Assembly (NCBI GenBank): GCA_965223905.1
Contig: CBDCXV010000001.1
Location: 64,001-128,000 of the forward strand
Direction of reading: 5' to 3'
Length of the DNA: 64,000 nt
From: Candidatus Latescibacterota bacterium
GTDB taxonomy: Bacteria; Latescibacterota; UBA2968; UBA8231
In this document: positions 54,246-64,000 of the stretch, piece by piece
How the letters are laid out: each line of letters starts with the position of its first letter
How positions within the stretch are numbered: position 1 is the stretch's first letter
Made by a program: the position numbers and the translations under genes
Notes under the pieces: model-generated
What the model was told of the DNA's origin: nothing
Databases searched by the model: none
The model's input: only the letters and a program-made list of their open reading frames with translations

Positions 54246-56768
54246 TCAGCCGCCGTTGGAACGGCCGAGCTGGTCGGCGAAAATGAAGAAATCCTCGAAA
54301 TCGACTTCGCCGTTGCCGTTGAGGTCGTAGATCGCCCGCTCCCCCCTGGCGGGGTGGCCGAAGGCGTCGACAAACAGGTAGAAGTCGGCGAAGTCCACGG
54401 TGCCGCTGCCGTCGAAATCTGCGGCGAGGGCCTCCGGAGGGGGAGGGAAGGGCGTGGGAACCGATGCGGCGTCGGATGTCGTCACGGCCAGCGGCCCGGC
54501 GCCGGAAAACCGCAGCGTCAGCGCGCCGTTGGAGTACGAGCTACCCGCCAGCTCGCCTGAGAAATCCGTCGCCGTGACCGGATCGGACAACGCGAGGACA
54601 ACGTCGGTACCTCCGCTGCCCTCACGCAGGAACCCGCTGGCACTCCCAGCAGCGAACGCCAGGCTCAGGTCCGTCTCGTTGGACGCGGAAAACACCTGGA
54701 CCCCGTCAATGGACAAAAGGGTTGCACCGATCAAGGTGAACTCGCTGAGCGCCTCGGCGGCGAAGCTCGCCAGGCCGAACCCCGCGTCGCTGGTCAGAGT
54801 GCCGAAAGCCGTTGTCACCGATATCGTGCCGCCCTCGGCGGCGCTCCAGGCGTAGTCGGTCGTCCCGCCCTTCTCCACGCTGACCGCCTCCCCACCCGTG
54901 GCCGCAGGGGCCGCGATGACCGGTTCGGCATCGGTCAGGGCCCGCGGAAACAGCACCGCGAGATAGTCGACCTCGGCGCCGCTTTCCCGAACGCTCAGCA
55001 GGGTATGGGTCGGCTCTTCGCGATAGGCGAACGAGTGTATCGCCTCGGACTCGGTGAAGGTGCGTCCTTCCCTGGCCGGCATGAACGCCAGCAGTTCCGC
55101 CTGGGAGCGGGTCCAGCGGGCGAGACTCCCGCTACGCCGGTACGATCCCCCGCTGGTGCCTCCTCCGTTGCCGTGCAGGCGCCACTCGTACCGATGACTG
55201 CTCCCGTCTCTGACCTGGTCGCTGACGACGAAGTAGCGCTTGCCGACGAACATGACGCGGCGCCGGATGCCGACCCCCTCGTAGGCCGCCGCCACCTCGG
55301 CGTAGTCGAGGGAGTCGCCGGTGAAGTAGCGCTGTATGTAGGCGTCGTTGCCGCCATCCACTGCCTGGCCGAGCACGGTGTCGAGCGGGGGACCGCTGCC
55401 GTCGACGAGGATCAGGCTGTGGCTGGGACCGGCGTTCACCTTGTGGTGGTTGCTGAAGTCGATGTAGCCGCCGTCGACGGCCAGCATTTCACCGGCCGCG
55501 TAGATCAGGAAACTGGTCTCGTCGGCGTGCTCATGCCCCAGTCCCTGCGCGCGCGCGCGCCCGTGCTCGCCGCGCAGCAGCATGTAGGTCGCGTTCTCCG
55601 ACCAGTCGCTGCGAAAAACCGCGTCCCCCGCCTCCGGCATGATGACGGTGGGGCCGTATTCCGGTTCCAGGGCGGCGATCCCGTCGTCGTACAGGGCGAT
55701 CGCGTCCATTTCGGAAAACTCCCGCACGTACTGCACGAACGAGTTGTTCTGCCAGTCCCACAGGTGCACGGGCCCGTTGGCGTCGACGGATGCGAGATAG
55801 TGGCCGTAAAAGTCGTCGAGATGGCTGTCGTCGATGTTGGGACGGCGTCCGTTCGGAAGCCGCAGGTTGAGCGACCAGTCGTGCATCAGGTCGACTCCAG
55901 GGTTTTCGAACAGGTCGGTTCCTGTCAGGCGTTTCAGTGCAAACATGTACGGCAGGTACAGGTCGGCGGCGTAGCGGGCGTAGAACGGACCTTCCGCATA
56001 CCCTCCGTCGGACCCGTCGATCTGGTGGTCGAGGGATCTCGTCACCAGATCGAAGGCGCGGTCGGCCCAATCCCCCGGACTGCTGCCGCCCCTGCCCGGG
56101 TGGTCGGCCAGGGCGAACGCGGCCAGCCCGAGCCCGGCGTAAGCCCGTATGTGCCAGTTGTTGAGATGGAGAATGGCGGGATTGCGCGGATCCGGTGTTT
56201 CGTGCAGGCGGATTTTTATCGAGCCGAGGAACCCCAGATCGATCTCCCGGATCACGATGCCCTTGTGAATCCGCTCCGCCTCCTCGGCCAGGATTTCGCG
56301 GATCTCTTCTCGCGAGGCGGAATCCGCACTCAAATATCCGTCGAGCATGTCGTAGGCGACGGCGTAGAGGGCGACTACCTCCCCCTCGTTGTGGGGTTCC
56401 CCGAGGTCTCCGCCGCGGGGCGGAAACTTCATGTCGAGCATGATCTCGACCGCCCGTTCCGCGAAGGCGGTCCTGTCCGTCATCAGGTATGCAAACGCCA
56501 GACTCTTGGCGTAACGCGCCTTGCTGCGCTCGACAGCGAAGGTGGAGGGAACGTTCTCGGCACGGTTGAGCACCGTCTGCCACCACCCCGAATACGGGGA
56601 GCGCCGGATCCGCTCCCGCAGCACCGGAACGTCGGATGCGGAAAACAGCAGGCTGGGGTGTGTTTCACCGGGCAGGGTGACCTGCGCCGTTGCGGGAGTT
56701 GCCGCTCCGGCGAACAGGATAGCTGCAACAAGATGGAGAATGACTATCGACCTGCTGATGGAGGGCAT
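54246..56768 (-). CDS. Heparinase II/III-like polysaccharide lyase with C-terminal dockerin/EF-hand-like repeat
   Basis: Signal peptide, HPSLLF, NNWH, DGGYAEGPFY, FRSDW, HEHADETSF; C-terminal ADFDGSGTVDFADF..YDLNGNGEVDFEDF. Confidence 0.85.
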   Translation of the reverse strand: MPSISRSIVILHLVAAILFAGAATPATAQVTLPGETHPSLLFSASDVPVLRERIRRSPYSGWWQTVLNRAENVPSTFAVERSKARYAKSLAFAYLMTDRTAFAERAVEIMLDMKFPPRGGDLGEPHNEGEVVALYAVAYDMLDGYLSADSASREEIREILAEEAERIHKGIVIREIDLGFLGSIKIRLHETPDPRNPAILHLNNWHIRAYAGLGLAAFALADHPGRGGSSPGDWADRAFDLVTRSLDHQIDGSDGGYAEGPFYARYAADLYLPYMFALKRLTGTDLFENPGVDLMHDWSLNLRLPNGRRPNIDDSHLDDFYGHYLASVDANGPVHLWDWQNNSFVQYVREFSEMDAIALYDDGIAALEPEYGPTVIMPEAGDAVFRSDWSENATYMLLRGEHGRARAQGLGHEHADETSFLIYAAGEMLAVDGGYIDFSNHHKVNAGPSHSLILVDGSGPPLDTVLGQAVDGGNDAYIQRYFTGDSLDYAEVAAAYEGVGIRRRVMFVGKRYFVVSDQVRDGSSHRYEWRLHGNGGGTSGGSYRRSGSLARWTRSQAELLAFMPAREGRTFTESEAIHSFAYREEPTHTLLSVRESGAEVDYLAVLFPRALTDAEPVIAAPAATGGEAVSVEKGGTTDYAWSAAEGGTISVTTAFGTLTSDAGFGLASFAAEALSEFTLIGATLLSIDGVQVFSASNETDLSLAFAAGSASGFLREGSGGTDVVLALSDPVTATDFSGELAGSSYSNGALTLRFSGAGPLAVTTSDAASVPTPFPPPPEALAADFDGSGTVDFADFYLFVDAFGHPARGERAIYDLNGNGEVDFEDFFIFADQLGRSNGG

Positions 56769-56820
56769 GCGTCCGGAAATTTCACCTCGAGGGAACGCAG
56801 CTTTGACCGGGTGCAACGGC

Positions 56821-57423
56821 TCACCTCCAGCCGAGCAGGCGCCCGGCGTTCAGCCCCCAGGTGAGGCCCAGGTAGAAAAAATCCAGGCCGAGGTTTACGC
56901 GCACCCCCCCGGCGGGCCCGGAAGGGGAATCGAAAAACATGCCGATTGTGCCGTATGGGGTGCGTGGCTTGCGGCCTCGCAGACCGAGTCCGGTGTACAG
57001 CTTGCCCGGCTTGTTGGCCACGATGACGGTTTCCACGGGCACGAAGCTGATGTCGCCGCTGAACGAGCGCAGCACCTCCGTGCCGGCCGAGCACCGATAC
57101 GACGGCACGGAGTATCCCAACGAATCGATGCAGGCGCTGACTCCGCCGGGGCCGTAGATCCGCTGGTACCGGGGGTTGTCGTTTTCTTTCTGCAGGAAAA
57201 CCAAATCGAGCAGCGAGACCGATGCGATCAAGCGGAAACGCGCGGCGAGCACGCTCAGTCCGACAGGCACCGCGATCCCGGGACCGCGTTCGATGTTGGT
57301 GATCCCGAGGCCTACCGTTCCATAGAGTCCGCTGCCGTCAGACCCTGCTTCCTCGATCAGCTGGGCCTGCGCGACAGAGACCGTGGCGGCTGTCAGCAGG
57401 AGAGTGGTACGGAACAGGGGCAT
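56821..57423 (-). CDS. Hypothetical secreted protein, possibly an outer-membrane beta-barrel
   Basis: Signal peptide (AQA|Q); alternating Gly/aromatic strands. Confidence 0.6.
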   Translation of the reverse strand: MPLFRTTLLLTAATVSVAQAQLIEEAGSDGSGLYGTVGLGITNIERGPGIAVPVGLSVLAARFRLIASVSLLDLVFLQKENDNPRYQRIYGPGGVSACIDSLGYSVPSYRCSAGTEVLRSFSGDISFVPVETVIVANKPGKLYTGLGLRGRKPRTPYGTIGMFFDSPSGPAGGVRVNLGLDFFYLGLTWGLNAGRLLGWR

Positions 57424-57665
57424 GGAGGAACGGATTCTCGCTCAGTGGGTTCGAGGAGCCGTGAAAGGTATGTGCAGCCGGGGGGGGATCAAGGTCTGGT
57501 CTCGACATGACGGTATGAAATTCCCGCGGCAACGGCCGCCATGGCTTTCTGACCTCCGGGAAACCATCAGCCCTTGAAAAAAGTCATCCGGGCTGCGGCC
57601 GGCCCCGCGTGGAGCAACTATCAACTGGCTGTTATATTCCGATCCCCGAAGCGGAGGTGCAACGC

Positions 57666-58578
57666 ATGTCCTTGAGCCCAAGTCAGGTAGAAGAGTTTCA
57701 CACCCGGGGATACCTGGTGGTTCGCGGCCTGTTTCCCGAAGTGGATCTCCAGCCCTTGATCGCGGACATGGAGGATATCATCGAGGATGCAGCCCGCGAA
57801 CTGCGGAATCGGGGAAAGATCGATGACCTCCATGCCGGTGCCCCCTTCGAACAGCGCATCGCCCTGCTGACCCGGGACTCCGGCGAGTCGATCCAGGGAC
57901 AGGTTTCGTTCCCTTTGAACCTGCGGCGGCCGATATTCGATTTCCTGCACAACAGCCGACCTGCTGGATGCCGTCGAGAGCCTGGTCGGCGAGGAGATCT
58001 TCTGCAACCCCACCCACCACGTGCGGCCCAAGCTGCCCGAGTCGCATCTGACCGAGCAGGACCACTACTGGATTCAGCTGTCGCCGCTGCACCAGGATGC
58101 GGCGGTCCTGCTGCCTGAAGCGGACGATACCCTCGTCGTCACCTCATGGATTCCGCTCGTCGACTGCGACGAGGCCAACGGCACGATCAGGGTCGTACCC
58201 GGACTGCACCGCGGGGCCTTGCGCCGCCACGTCCGCTGCCCCTATGGGTGGCAGATCGCCGACGACGAAATGCCGGCGGAGGAACCGGTCTCGATACCCG
58301 TGAGAAAAGGGGACGTCGTTTTCATTCACTGCCGCACGCCGCACGGTTCCGGTCCCAACAAATCCGGTCAGGTTCGCTGGAGCATGGACCTGCGATGGAA
58401 CGACGCGCGCAAGCCTCACGGACGCCCGCTGCCCGGTCTGCTGGTGCGCAGCCAAGCCGACCCCCGCGTGAACGATCCGGCGACCGCGGCCGGCCGCCAC
58501 GCGGCATGGGTCGAGGAATGGCGGGATGCCCAGGCGGACACGAAGCCGCGCCGTATGTATCGCTGGCCAGATGCCTGA
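57666..58578 (+). pseudogene. Phytanoyl-CoA dioxygenase (PhyH) family protein with one +1 slip
   Basis: EEFHTRGYLVV, RPKLP, HQD, SWIPL, NGTIRVVPG, HGSGPN..RWSMDLR. Slip at about 57957. Confidence 0.8.
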
Positions 58579-58608
58579 CTTGCTGTCGGGAGGCAGGGTG
58601 GTTGTGTC

Positions 58609-59418
58609 TCAGAAGGCGACGAAGCCGCCGCAGACCGGGATGCATTGACCGGTGACATAGTCGGACAGGTCCGTCACCAGGAACTCGACGACCTTGGCGC
58701 AGTCTTCGGGCATTCCCAGCCTTCCGAGGGGAATTTGCTCCTCGAGCTTCTTCCTGGTTTCCGGCTCGTTGCGCCCCTGCGCCAGCGCCCGGGATGAAAG
58801 GATGAACCCCGGGGCGATGCAGTTTACGTGGATCCCATGGGGTCCCAACTCGGCCGCCAGCACGCGGGTGTACTGGATGACGCCGGCCTTCGACACCTTG
58901 TAGGCCATTCCCCCGCCGTCGCGCCCGCTCCACATGCCGGCCTGCGACGCGACAGTGACGATCTTGCCTCCCTTACCCCGCTTGCGCATCGCCTTTCCCA
59001 CCTCCTGGCAACAGAAAACGGTACCCGTCAGGTTGATCTCCATCAGGTAACGGTACGTCTGTTGCGACGTCCCCGTGGCGCTCTGGTCCGGGTCGGTGGT
59101 CAGGTTTCCGCCGGCATTGGTTACCAGGATATCGATACCGCCGAGCTCGGCCACGGCCGTCTCCACCATCGCTGCCACCCCGTCGCGATCGGTTACGTCC
59201 GCTTCGATGCCGAGAGAGCGCCGTCCAAGGGACTCGACCTCGGCCGCCACGGATCCAGCCGTCAGCTGCTCTCCGAATTCGACCGCCGCATCCAGCCTGA
59301 TGTCGTTGACGACGACGGCGGCGCCCAGCCGGGCCAGATGCAGAACATAGGCGCGTCCGAGGCCTCGGGCCCCACCGGTCACCAGGGCGACTTTGCCTTG
59401 GAGTTTCGGCTCATCCAT
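58609..59418 (-). CDS. SDR family oxidoreductase
   Basis: TGGARGLG, NAG, YKVSK, VNCIAPG, YVTGQ. Confidence 0.92.
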   Translation of the reverse strand: MDEPKLQGKVALVTGGARGLGRAYVLHLARLGAAVVVNDIRLDAAVEFGEQLTAGSVAAEVESLGRRSLGIEADVTDRDGVAAMVETAVAELGGIDILVTNAGGNLTTDPDQSATGTSQQTYRYLMEINLTGTVFCCQEVGKAMRKRGKGGKIVTVASQAGMWSGRDGGGMAYKVSKAGVIQYTRVLAAELGPHGIHVNCIAPGFILSSRALAQGRNEPETRKKLEEQIPLGRLGMPEDCAKVVEFLVTDLSDYVTGQCIPVCGGFVAF

Positions 59419-59529
59419 CGTTCACCGGTTTCGTTCCGACCCCCAGTCCCTGCTGCAATCGAGAGAAAATGCGGAGCTCGGGGGCAAACCGTCCCTTTCC
59501 GCCCTCATAGAAAAAATCCGCTGAAACTG

Positions 59530-59566
59530 AAAAGAGCGGCGCACCGCTCGAAAGCGCGCCGCTCTT
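59530..59566 (-). terminator. Intrinsic terminator downstream of the sigma factor
   Basis: AAGAGCGGCGC...GCGCCGCTCTT 11-bp stem with an A-run. Confidence 0.65.
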
Positions 59567-59601
59567 GTTGGAAAAACCGGAATCCGGGCCGGGCCTTCTT
59601 T

Positions 59602-60453
59602 CTAAACCTCCTCGGCCAGTGCCTGCAGGAACTGGTAGCGCGACGGATGCCGGAGCCGGCTCAGTGCCCTCTCCTTTATCTGCCGCACACGCTCGCGCGT
59701 AACCCCTATCAGGCTGCCGATCTGCTCGAGGGTCAATGCCTCCTTGCCGTCGAGTCCGAAATAGAGACGAATGATCCGCTGCTCCCTGTCGTCGAGACTG
59801 GCGAGGACGCTTTCGAGTTGGTTCCTGGCGGAATCGCGCATCACGTCCGAATCCGGAGCCCGCTGGCTGGTGTCGGGCAGGACGTTCATCAGCGAGCGCT
59901 TCTCGTCGTCTTCGAAGGCGCCGTCGAGAGAGCTCACGGGGCGAGCGCTGAGAATGGCGTCGGTGACGACGTCGGCCGGCAAATCGAGCTCCTTGGCGAT
60001 CTCGTCGACATCCGGCTCCTCTTCGCGGCCCTGTCCCAGCCGTCTGGAGGCTTTCGAGATGTCTTTCAGGAGGCTCAGTTTGTTGAGCGGGAGCCGCACA
60101 GTGCGCACGTGCTCGGCGATGGTCTGCAGGATGGATTGACGGATCCACCAGACCGCGTAGGAGATGAACTTGTAACCCCTGGTTCCGTCGAAGCGCTCGG
60201 CTGCCGTCATCAACCCGAGATTGCCGGCGCTGATCAGATCTGCAAAAGAGAGGCCCCGATTCTGGTAATTCTTTGCTACGTCGATGACGAACCGCAGATT
60301 CGCCTGAACCAATTCATCACGGGCTTCCATGTCGCCGTCTTTGATGCGCGCGGCGAGTTCGACTTCTTTCTCACGAGAAAGCGGCTCGGAGTGGGCAATA
60401 TCGTCGAAATAAGACCGTAGAGAGCTCTCGCGGTCGCTGAGGGTTTCCAGCAT
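59602..60453 (-). CDS. RNA polymerase sigma70 factor, short RpoD/SigA type lacking region 1.1
   Basis: ANLRFV, DLISAGNLGL, KFISYAVWWIRQSI, TLEQIG..VTRERVRQIKERAL. Confidence 0.93.
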   Translation of the reverse strand: MLETLSDRESSLRSYFDDIAHSEPLSREKEVELAARIKDGDMEARDELVQANLRFVIDVAKNYQNRGLSFADLISAGNLGLMTAAERFDGTRGYKFISYAVWWIRQSILQTIAEHVRTVRLPLNKLSLLKDISKASRRLGQGREEEPDVDEIAKELDLPADVVTDAILSARPVSSLDGAFEDDEKRSLMNVLPDTSQRAPDSDVMRDSARNQLESVLASLDDREQRIIRLYFGLDGKEALTLEQIGSLIGVTRERVRQIKERALSRLRHPSRYQFLQALAEEV

Positions 60454-60996
60454 GACTCTCCTTCTGTTTGTGGATTATTAATTAGGGGGGCCTGAAAACG
60501 CGAAACTCCTCTCTCCTTCGCGATTCCGGCCGAATGGTGTGCAGAAAGTGCAGCCTTCGCCTTTTATGATACGGCGCGACAGATGCCAGAGCAACTAATT
60601 ATTCCAGACTCCGGCCACGACTCTGTAACGTCATATAACATATTGTTTTATATACGGTTATGTTTTCCAAGATATCGACCAGGTGCTGCCCCAAGCGGCC
60701 TAAGTCGCTCGGAGAAAGATCCTTAGCGCCGAGATGCCCGATTATCTCTACCATCCTTGCTTGCGGGTTTTCGCCTGCAACAGCGGAGATTTCCAGCTGC
60801 CATGCGGCGGTCTGCGGATCGCCGAAATCCCCGAAATCCTGCTTCCTGGACCGTCCTCGATACACGCGAGACGTGCTCGTGAAATAGCGCCTTGTCCCGG
60901 AAGCGGGGCCGCAGGAACGGCACCCGAGCCTGAAATGAGCTGGGCGGCTTGATTGCGGAACCCTGTGGGACACGGCAACAACCCGGAGGAATCCCC

Positions 60997-62442
60997 ATGC
61001 GCCAGAAGCGAATCATCTACCACAACGACGCCCGCCATTACTACCTGTTCGTGTTCGAGCCCCCCATCTCCCTGGAGGACGCCTGGACACCGGTCGATGA
61101 AGTTGCCGGCACCGCGGTCGATACCATCGCCTACGGGATCCAGCGCGGCGACGGTTTGTTCTACCCTTCCGATGTCGCGTTGCAGTTCGGCTCCGACATG
61201 ATGCCTTTCGAGCAGGCGGCCTACTGGCGCACCTGGCACAACATGAAGAGTCTCGAAGAGCGCGGGCTCGATCCGCTGCAGCTTCTCATCGACCGCGCTC
61301 ACGACAAGGGCATGGACTTTTTCGCCACCGTTCGCCTGGGCAGTTACGGCGGCATGGACCCGGCCCACGCGGTAGCCCAGGGCGGGCGCGGTCTAGGTGC
61401 CCCGGAAGTCCGCGAAGGCCAACGCGCCATCGTCGAAGAGCTCGTGAACCGGTACCCGCTCGAGGGTGTCGAGCTCGACCTGGCGATTCCGGGAGGCGGC
61501 TCCCTCATCCAGCCGGAAGAAGCCGAGTCCCTGATCCCGGAGCTCACCGAGTACGTCGCGCAGATATCCCGCATGGTGCGAGCCGGACGCGACGGCATTC
61601 AGGTTGGAGTGCGCGCCCTGCCGACGGAGGAGCTCAACCTGGGGCAGGGGCTCGACGTGCGCGCCTGGCTGCAGAACGGCTCCCTCGATTTTGTCATTCC
61701 CATGCGCTACGGCTACATGGTTCTCGATCCCAACATGCCCAGCGATTGGCTGTTGGATGCTGCGCATGACGCCGACGTTGCGTTTTTCGGATGTCTCCAG
61801 CCGTACGTCGACGACCAGATTACGGGGGCGGCCGTGCGCCAGTTTCCCAGCAGCGAACAGATGCGGGCCGCGGTCGCCAATCAGTGGAGCAAGGGAGTGG
61901 ACGGCCTCTACACCTGGTTCATGGACTGGCCGCTGGGGGATGCGCAGCGCAGCATGTTGAGTGAAATGGGGGACCCCGACCTCGGGGCGCGGAAGGACAA
62001 GCAGTACGTCCTCGTGCGCACTCCCGAGGACGACCACTTGCACTACCGCTCACCTTTGCCGATTCGAATCGCGGCCGACGATGTGGGGACTCGCCATCCG
62101 GTGCCCTTCTACATCGCCGACGACATCGAGGGGGCCGGCGATCAGATCCGCGAGGTACTCCTCGAAATCGTGGTAACCGACCTGGTTTCGACCGACCGCC
62201 TCGAGATCCTGCTCAATGGGGAATCCCTTCAGAACGAGGCCTGCCGCCGCGGCTTCGGCGATCCGATCAACCGCTACGGCGCCCAGGCGCTGACCTTCGA
62301 TCTACGCGGCGTACGCCCCCGGAAAGGAGACAACCTTCTGGAAATCACCCTCGATGGCCGGGCATCCGGATTGGCGAGCCCACTGGTCGTACGCGAGGTG
62401 AAGATCACGGTCAATTACCACCCCTTTCCCGCACGCCTGTAG
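60997..62442 (+). CDS. Glycoside hydrolase-like TIM-barrel protein (family 10-like/DUF187-like)
   Basis: IIYHNDA, GLDPLQLLIDRAHDKGMDFF, EELVNRYPLEGVELD, GLDVRAW, GVDGLY; C-terminal beta-sandwich. Confidence 0.7.
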   Translation: MRQKRIIYHNDARHYYLFVFEPPISLEDAWTPVDEVAGTAVDTIAYGIQRGDGLFYPSDVALQFGSDMMPFEQAAYWRTWHNMKSLEERGLDPLQLLIDRAHDKGMDFFATVRLGSYGGMDPAHAVAQGGRGLGAPEVREGQRAIVEELVNRYPLEGVELDLAIPGGGSLIQPEEAESLIPELTEYVAQISRMVRAGRDGIQVGVRALPTEELNLGQGLDVRAWLQNGSLDFVIPMRYGYMVLDPNMPSDWLLDAAHDADVAFFGCLQPYVDDQITGAAVRQFPSSEQMRAAVANQWSKGVDGLYTWFMDWPLGDAQRSMLSEMGDPDLGARKDKQYVLVRTPEDDHLHYRSPLPIRIAADDVGTRHPVPFYIADDIEGAGDQIREVLLEIVVTDLVSTDRLEILLNGESLQNEACRRGFGDPINRYGAQALTFDLRGVRPRKGDNLLEITLDGRASGLASPLVVREVKITVNYHPFPARL

Positions 62443-62548
62443 GGGCGTGAGTGCGCGCAGGCAAGGGTCGCTATTTCAGGCGGAGGCCCTGGCGAACTCT
62501 GGAAAATGCCCGCCGCTGCATTCAACCGCCGGCCGGCCCTGGTTCCGG

Positions 62549-63587
62549 TCAGGTCGCCACGCCGAGGTCGGCGGCGACGGTTTCTATCTGCGACCACACC
62601 CCATCGGCAATCGGAATCCCCTCGGCTGCGCGGCGTTCCTCGGTTTCGAAGTCGAGCTCTCCCGGCACCAGGACGCGCTCGAACCCCTCGGCATACGCTG
62701 CTGATTTGGCGTAGGCGACGTACTCGCCGAGCTCCTTGCGGAAGGCCCCTTGAGAGGTGAACGCGGCGATGTCGATGGCGAGAATCCAGAAATTGTTGCT
62801 CTCGCCTCCCATGCGTTCCTCGGTGGCGCCGGTCAGAACCGTGCTCAAAACCTGGGCCATCATCGCAAAGCCGAAACCTTTGTAACCCAGGGCTCCACCC
62901 ACCGGCAGGATGGCCCCTCCGGGCCGGCCGTAGAGCGCGTTCGGGTCGGCGCTCGGCCTTCCTGCCGCGTCGACGAGCCAGGTTTCGGGCAGGTTCTTCC
63001 CGCTGTCCCTGCTCAGGCGCACCTTGCCTTCCGAGATGGCGCTCGTAGCCGCGTCGAACAGGATCGGTCGGCCCGGTCGTCGGGGCCGCCATCGATATCG
63101 GGTTGGTTCCGATGCGCCCCTCGCGGCCGCCCCAGGGCGCTACCCAGTGACCGCTCGGCGAGCCGCCGCTGCAGGCTGCAAGTCCCACCATCCCCGCCCC
63201 GGCGATGGCCTCGGTGTAGAGGCTTAGGCAGCCGACGTGCTGAGTCCGGTAGAGGGCGACCGATCCGAGGCCCTGCCGGCCAGCCTTGGCCACCGCCATC
63301 CCGGTAGCGGTGCGGGCGCCGATCTGTCCGAAGTTCCAGTTCAGGTCGAGAAGGGCCGTCGTAGGGGTTTCCCTGACCGTTTCGATCCCGGCGCCCGGCA
63401 CGATCTCGTTTTTGCGGATGTTGCCGACGTACTGCGGGATCCTGAGGACGCCGTGCGAGTCGAGACCTTTGAGGTTGGCGCCCACGAGGTGGTCGGCCAC
63501 GATCCGGGCGTCCTCCGGGAGTACTTCACACGCTTTGAAGATGTCGGACGTCAGTTGGCGCAGGCGGTCTGGCTGGTGCGTCTTCAT
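62549..63587 (-). pseudogene. Second Ldh2 family oxidoreductase with one +1 slip
   Basis: ANLKGLDSHGVLR, GTNPIS, (slip at about 63072) PILFDAATS, GGALGYKGFG, VLVPGE. Confidence 0.8.
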
Positions 63588-63981
63588 CCGCTGCCTCGGT
63601 TTTTGCATGATGAAGTACTGTCGTTGGCGCGCGGGTCGCAGATGGGTTCCGTCGTTGCTGGCTCTTTCCGCAGCTGCACGGTCGCGTGTTCGGCCAGCCG
63701 GTACTGCAGACCCCCAGGTACGCCCGCCTCGGATGTTCTGGCTCCGAGTTGAAGAGAGCGGAGCCGTGTCGGACACCCAAAGCCTGTGTACCGGTTCGGC
63801 GAGTGGTGGAGTTGCCCTGGAATGAAGAGCGTGTTCCGGAACCGCCGCAGGGCCGGCATCCAGGCATGCAGAAAGAAGGATGAAAGTAGAAGGTTGCCCG
63901 CCATCCGCGAGAGACAGTGGGATTCTGAATTCCGAGCCCGGAAGCAGCGTCCCTTTCTCTCAGCAGTTATTGCGGGGGGTG

Positions 63982-64000
63982 TGGTGCCGAAGGTGGGACT
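63982..64000 (-). tRNA. tRNA 3' end, probably tRNA-Leu; partial at the window edge
   Basis: Reverse complement AGTCCCACCTTCGGCACCA reads as T-arm 3' side, acceptor stem and ACCA; the anticodon is outside the window. Confidence 0.65.

Noticed and set aside
57430-64000. Genomic island integrated at the tRNA 3' end
   Set aside because: I found no second copy of TGGTGCCGAAGGTGGGACT and no integrase. The adjacent genes look like normal lineage content.

Overview
A GC-rich bacterial chromosomal segment. Gene content suggests an FCB-superphylum organism such as Latescibacterota or a Gemmatimonadota-like lineage (inference): a short Bacteroidetes-type sigma70, DUF6785-like membrane proteins, dockerin-like and T9SS/FlgD-type C-terminal domains, and PhyH/Ldh2/Gfo catabolic genes. 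The housekeeping backbone comprises mtnP, a nuclease-DinG helicase, DAHP synthase, prs, a GldA/F/G-like ABC system, gltB/gltD with a divergent Lrp regulator, pntAA-pntAB-pntB, hpf, gltA, a 1840-aa C25 (gingipain/PorU-like) peptidase, a heparinase II/III-like lyase, sigma70, and the 3' end of a tRNA-Leu at the right edge. Lower-GC accessory pieces are interspersed. The most striking is a family of secreted CBM9/DOMON-like proteins: two intact copies (31088-32023, 34143-35072) share near-identical framework DNA but differ in about six almost purely non-synonymous, loop-like patches, and two broken relatives also occur (11655, 33879). Other notable items: a complete ISKra4-like element with 21-bp IRs and an 8-bp TSD, a NucS-like nuclease inserted between gltB and gltD next to a duplicated gltD start, a UxxC selenoprotein peroxiredoxin-like lipoprotein with a SECIS-like hairpin, a dispersed structured repeat, and a candidate structured ncRNA. 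Several genes carry single-base indels that are either long-read errors or real decay. All domain calls come from motif recognition by eye, not database searches.
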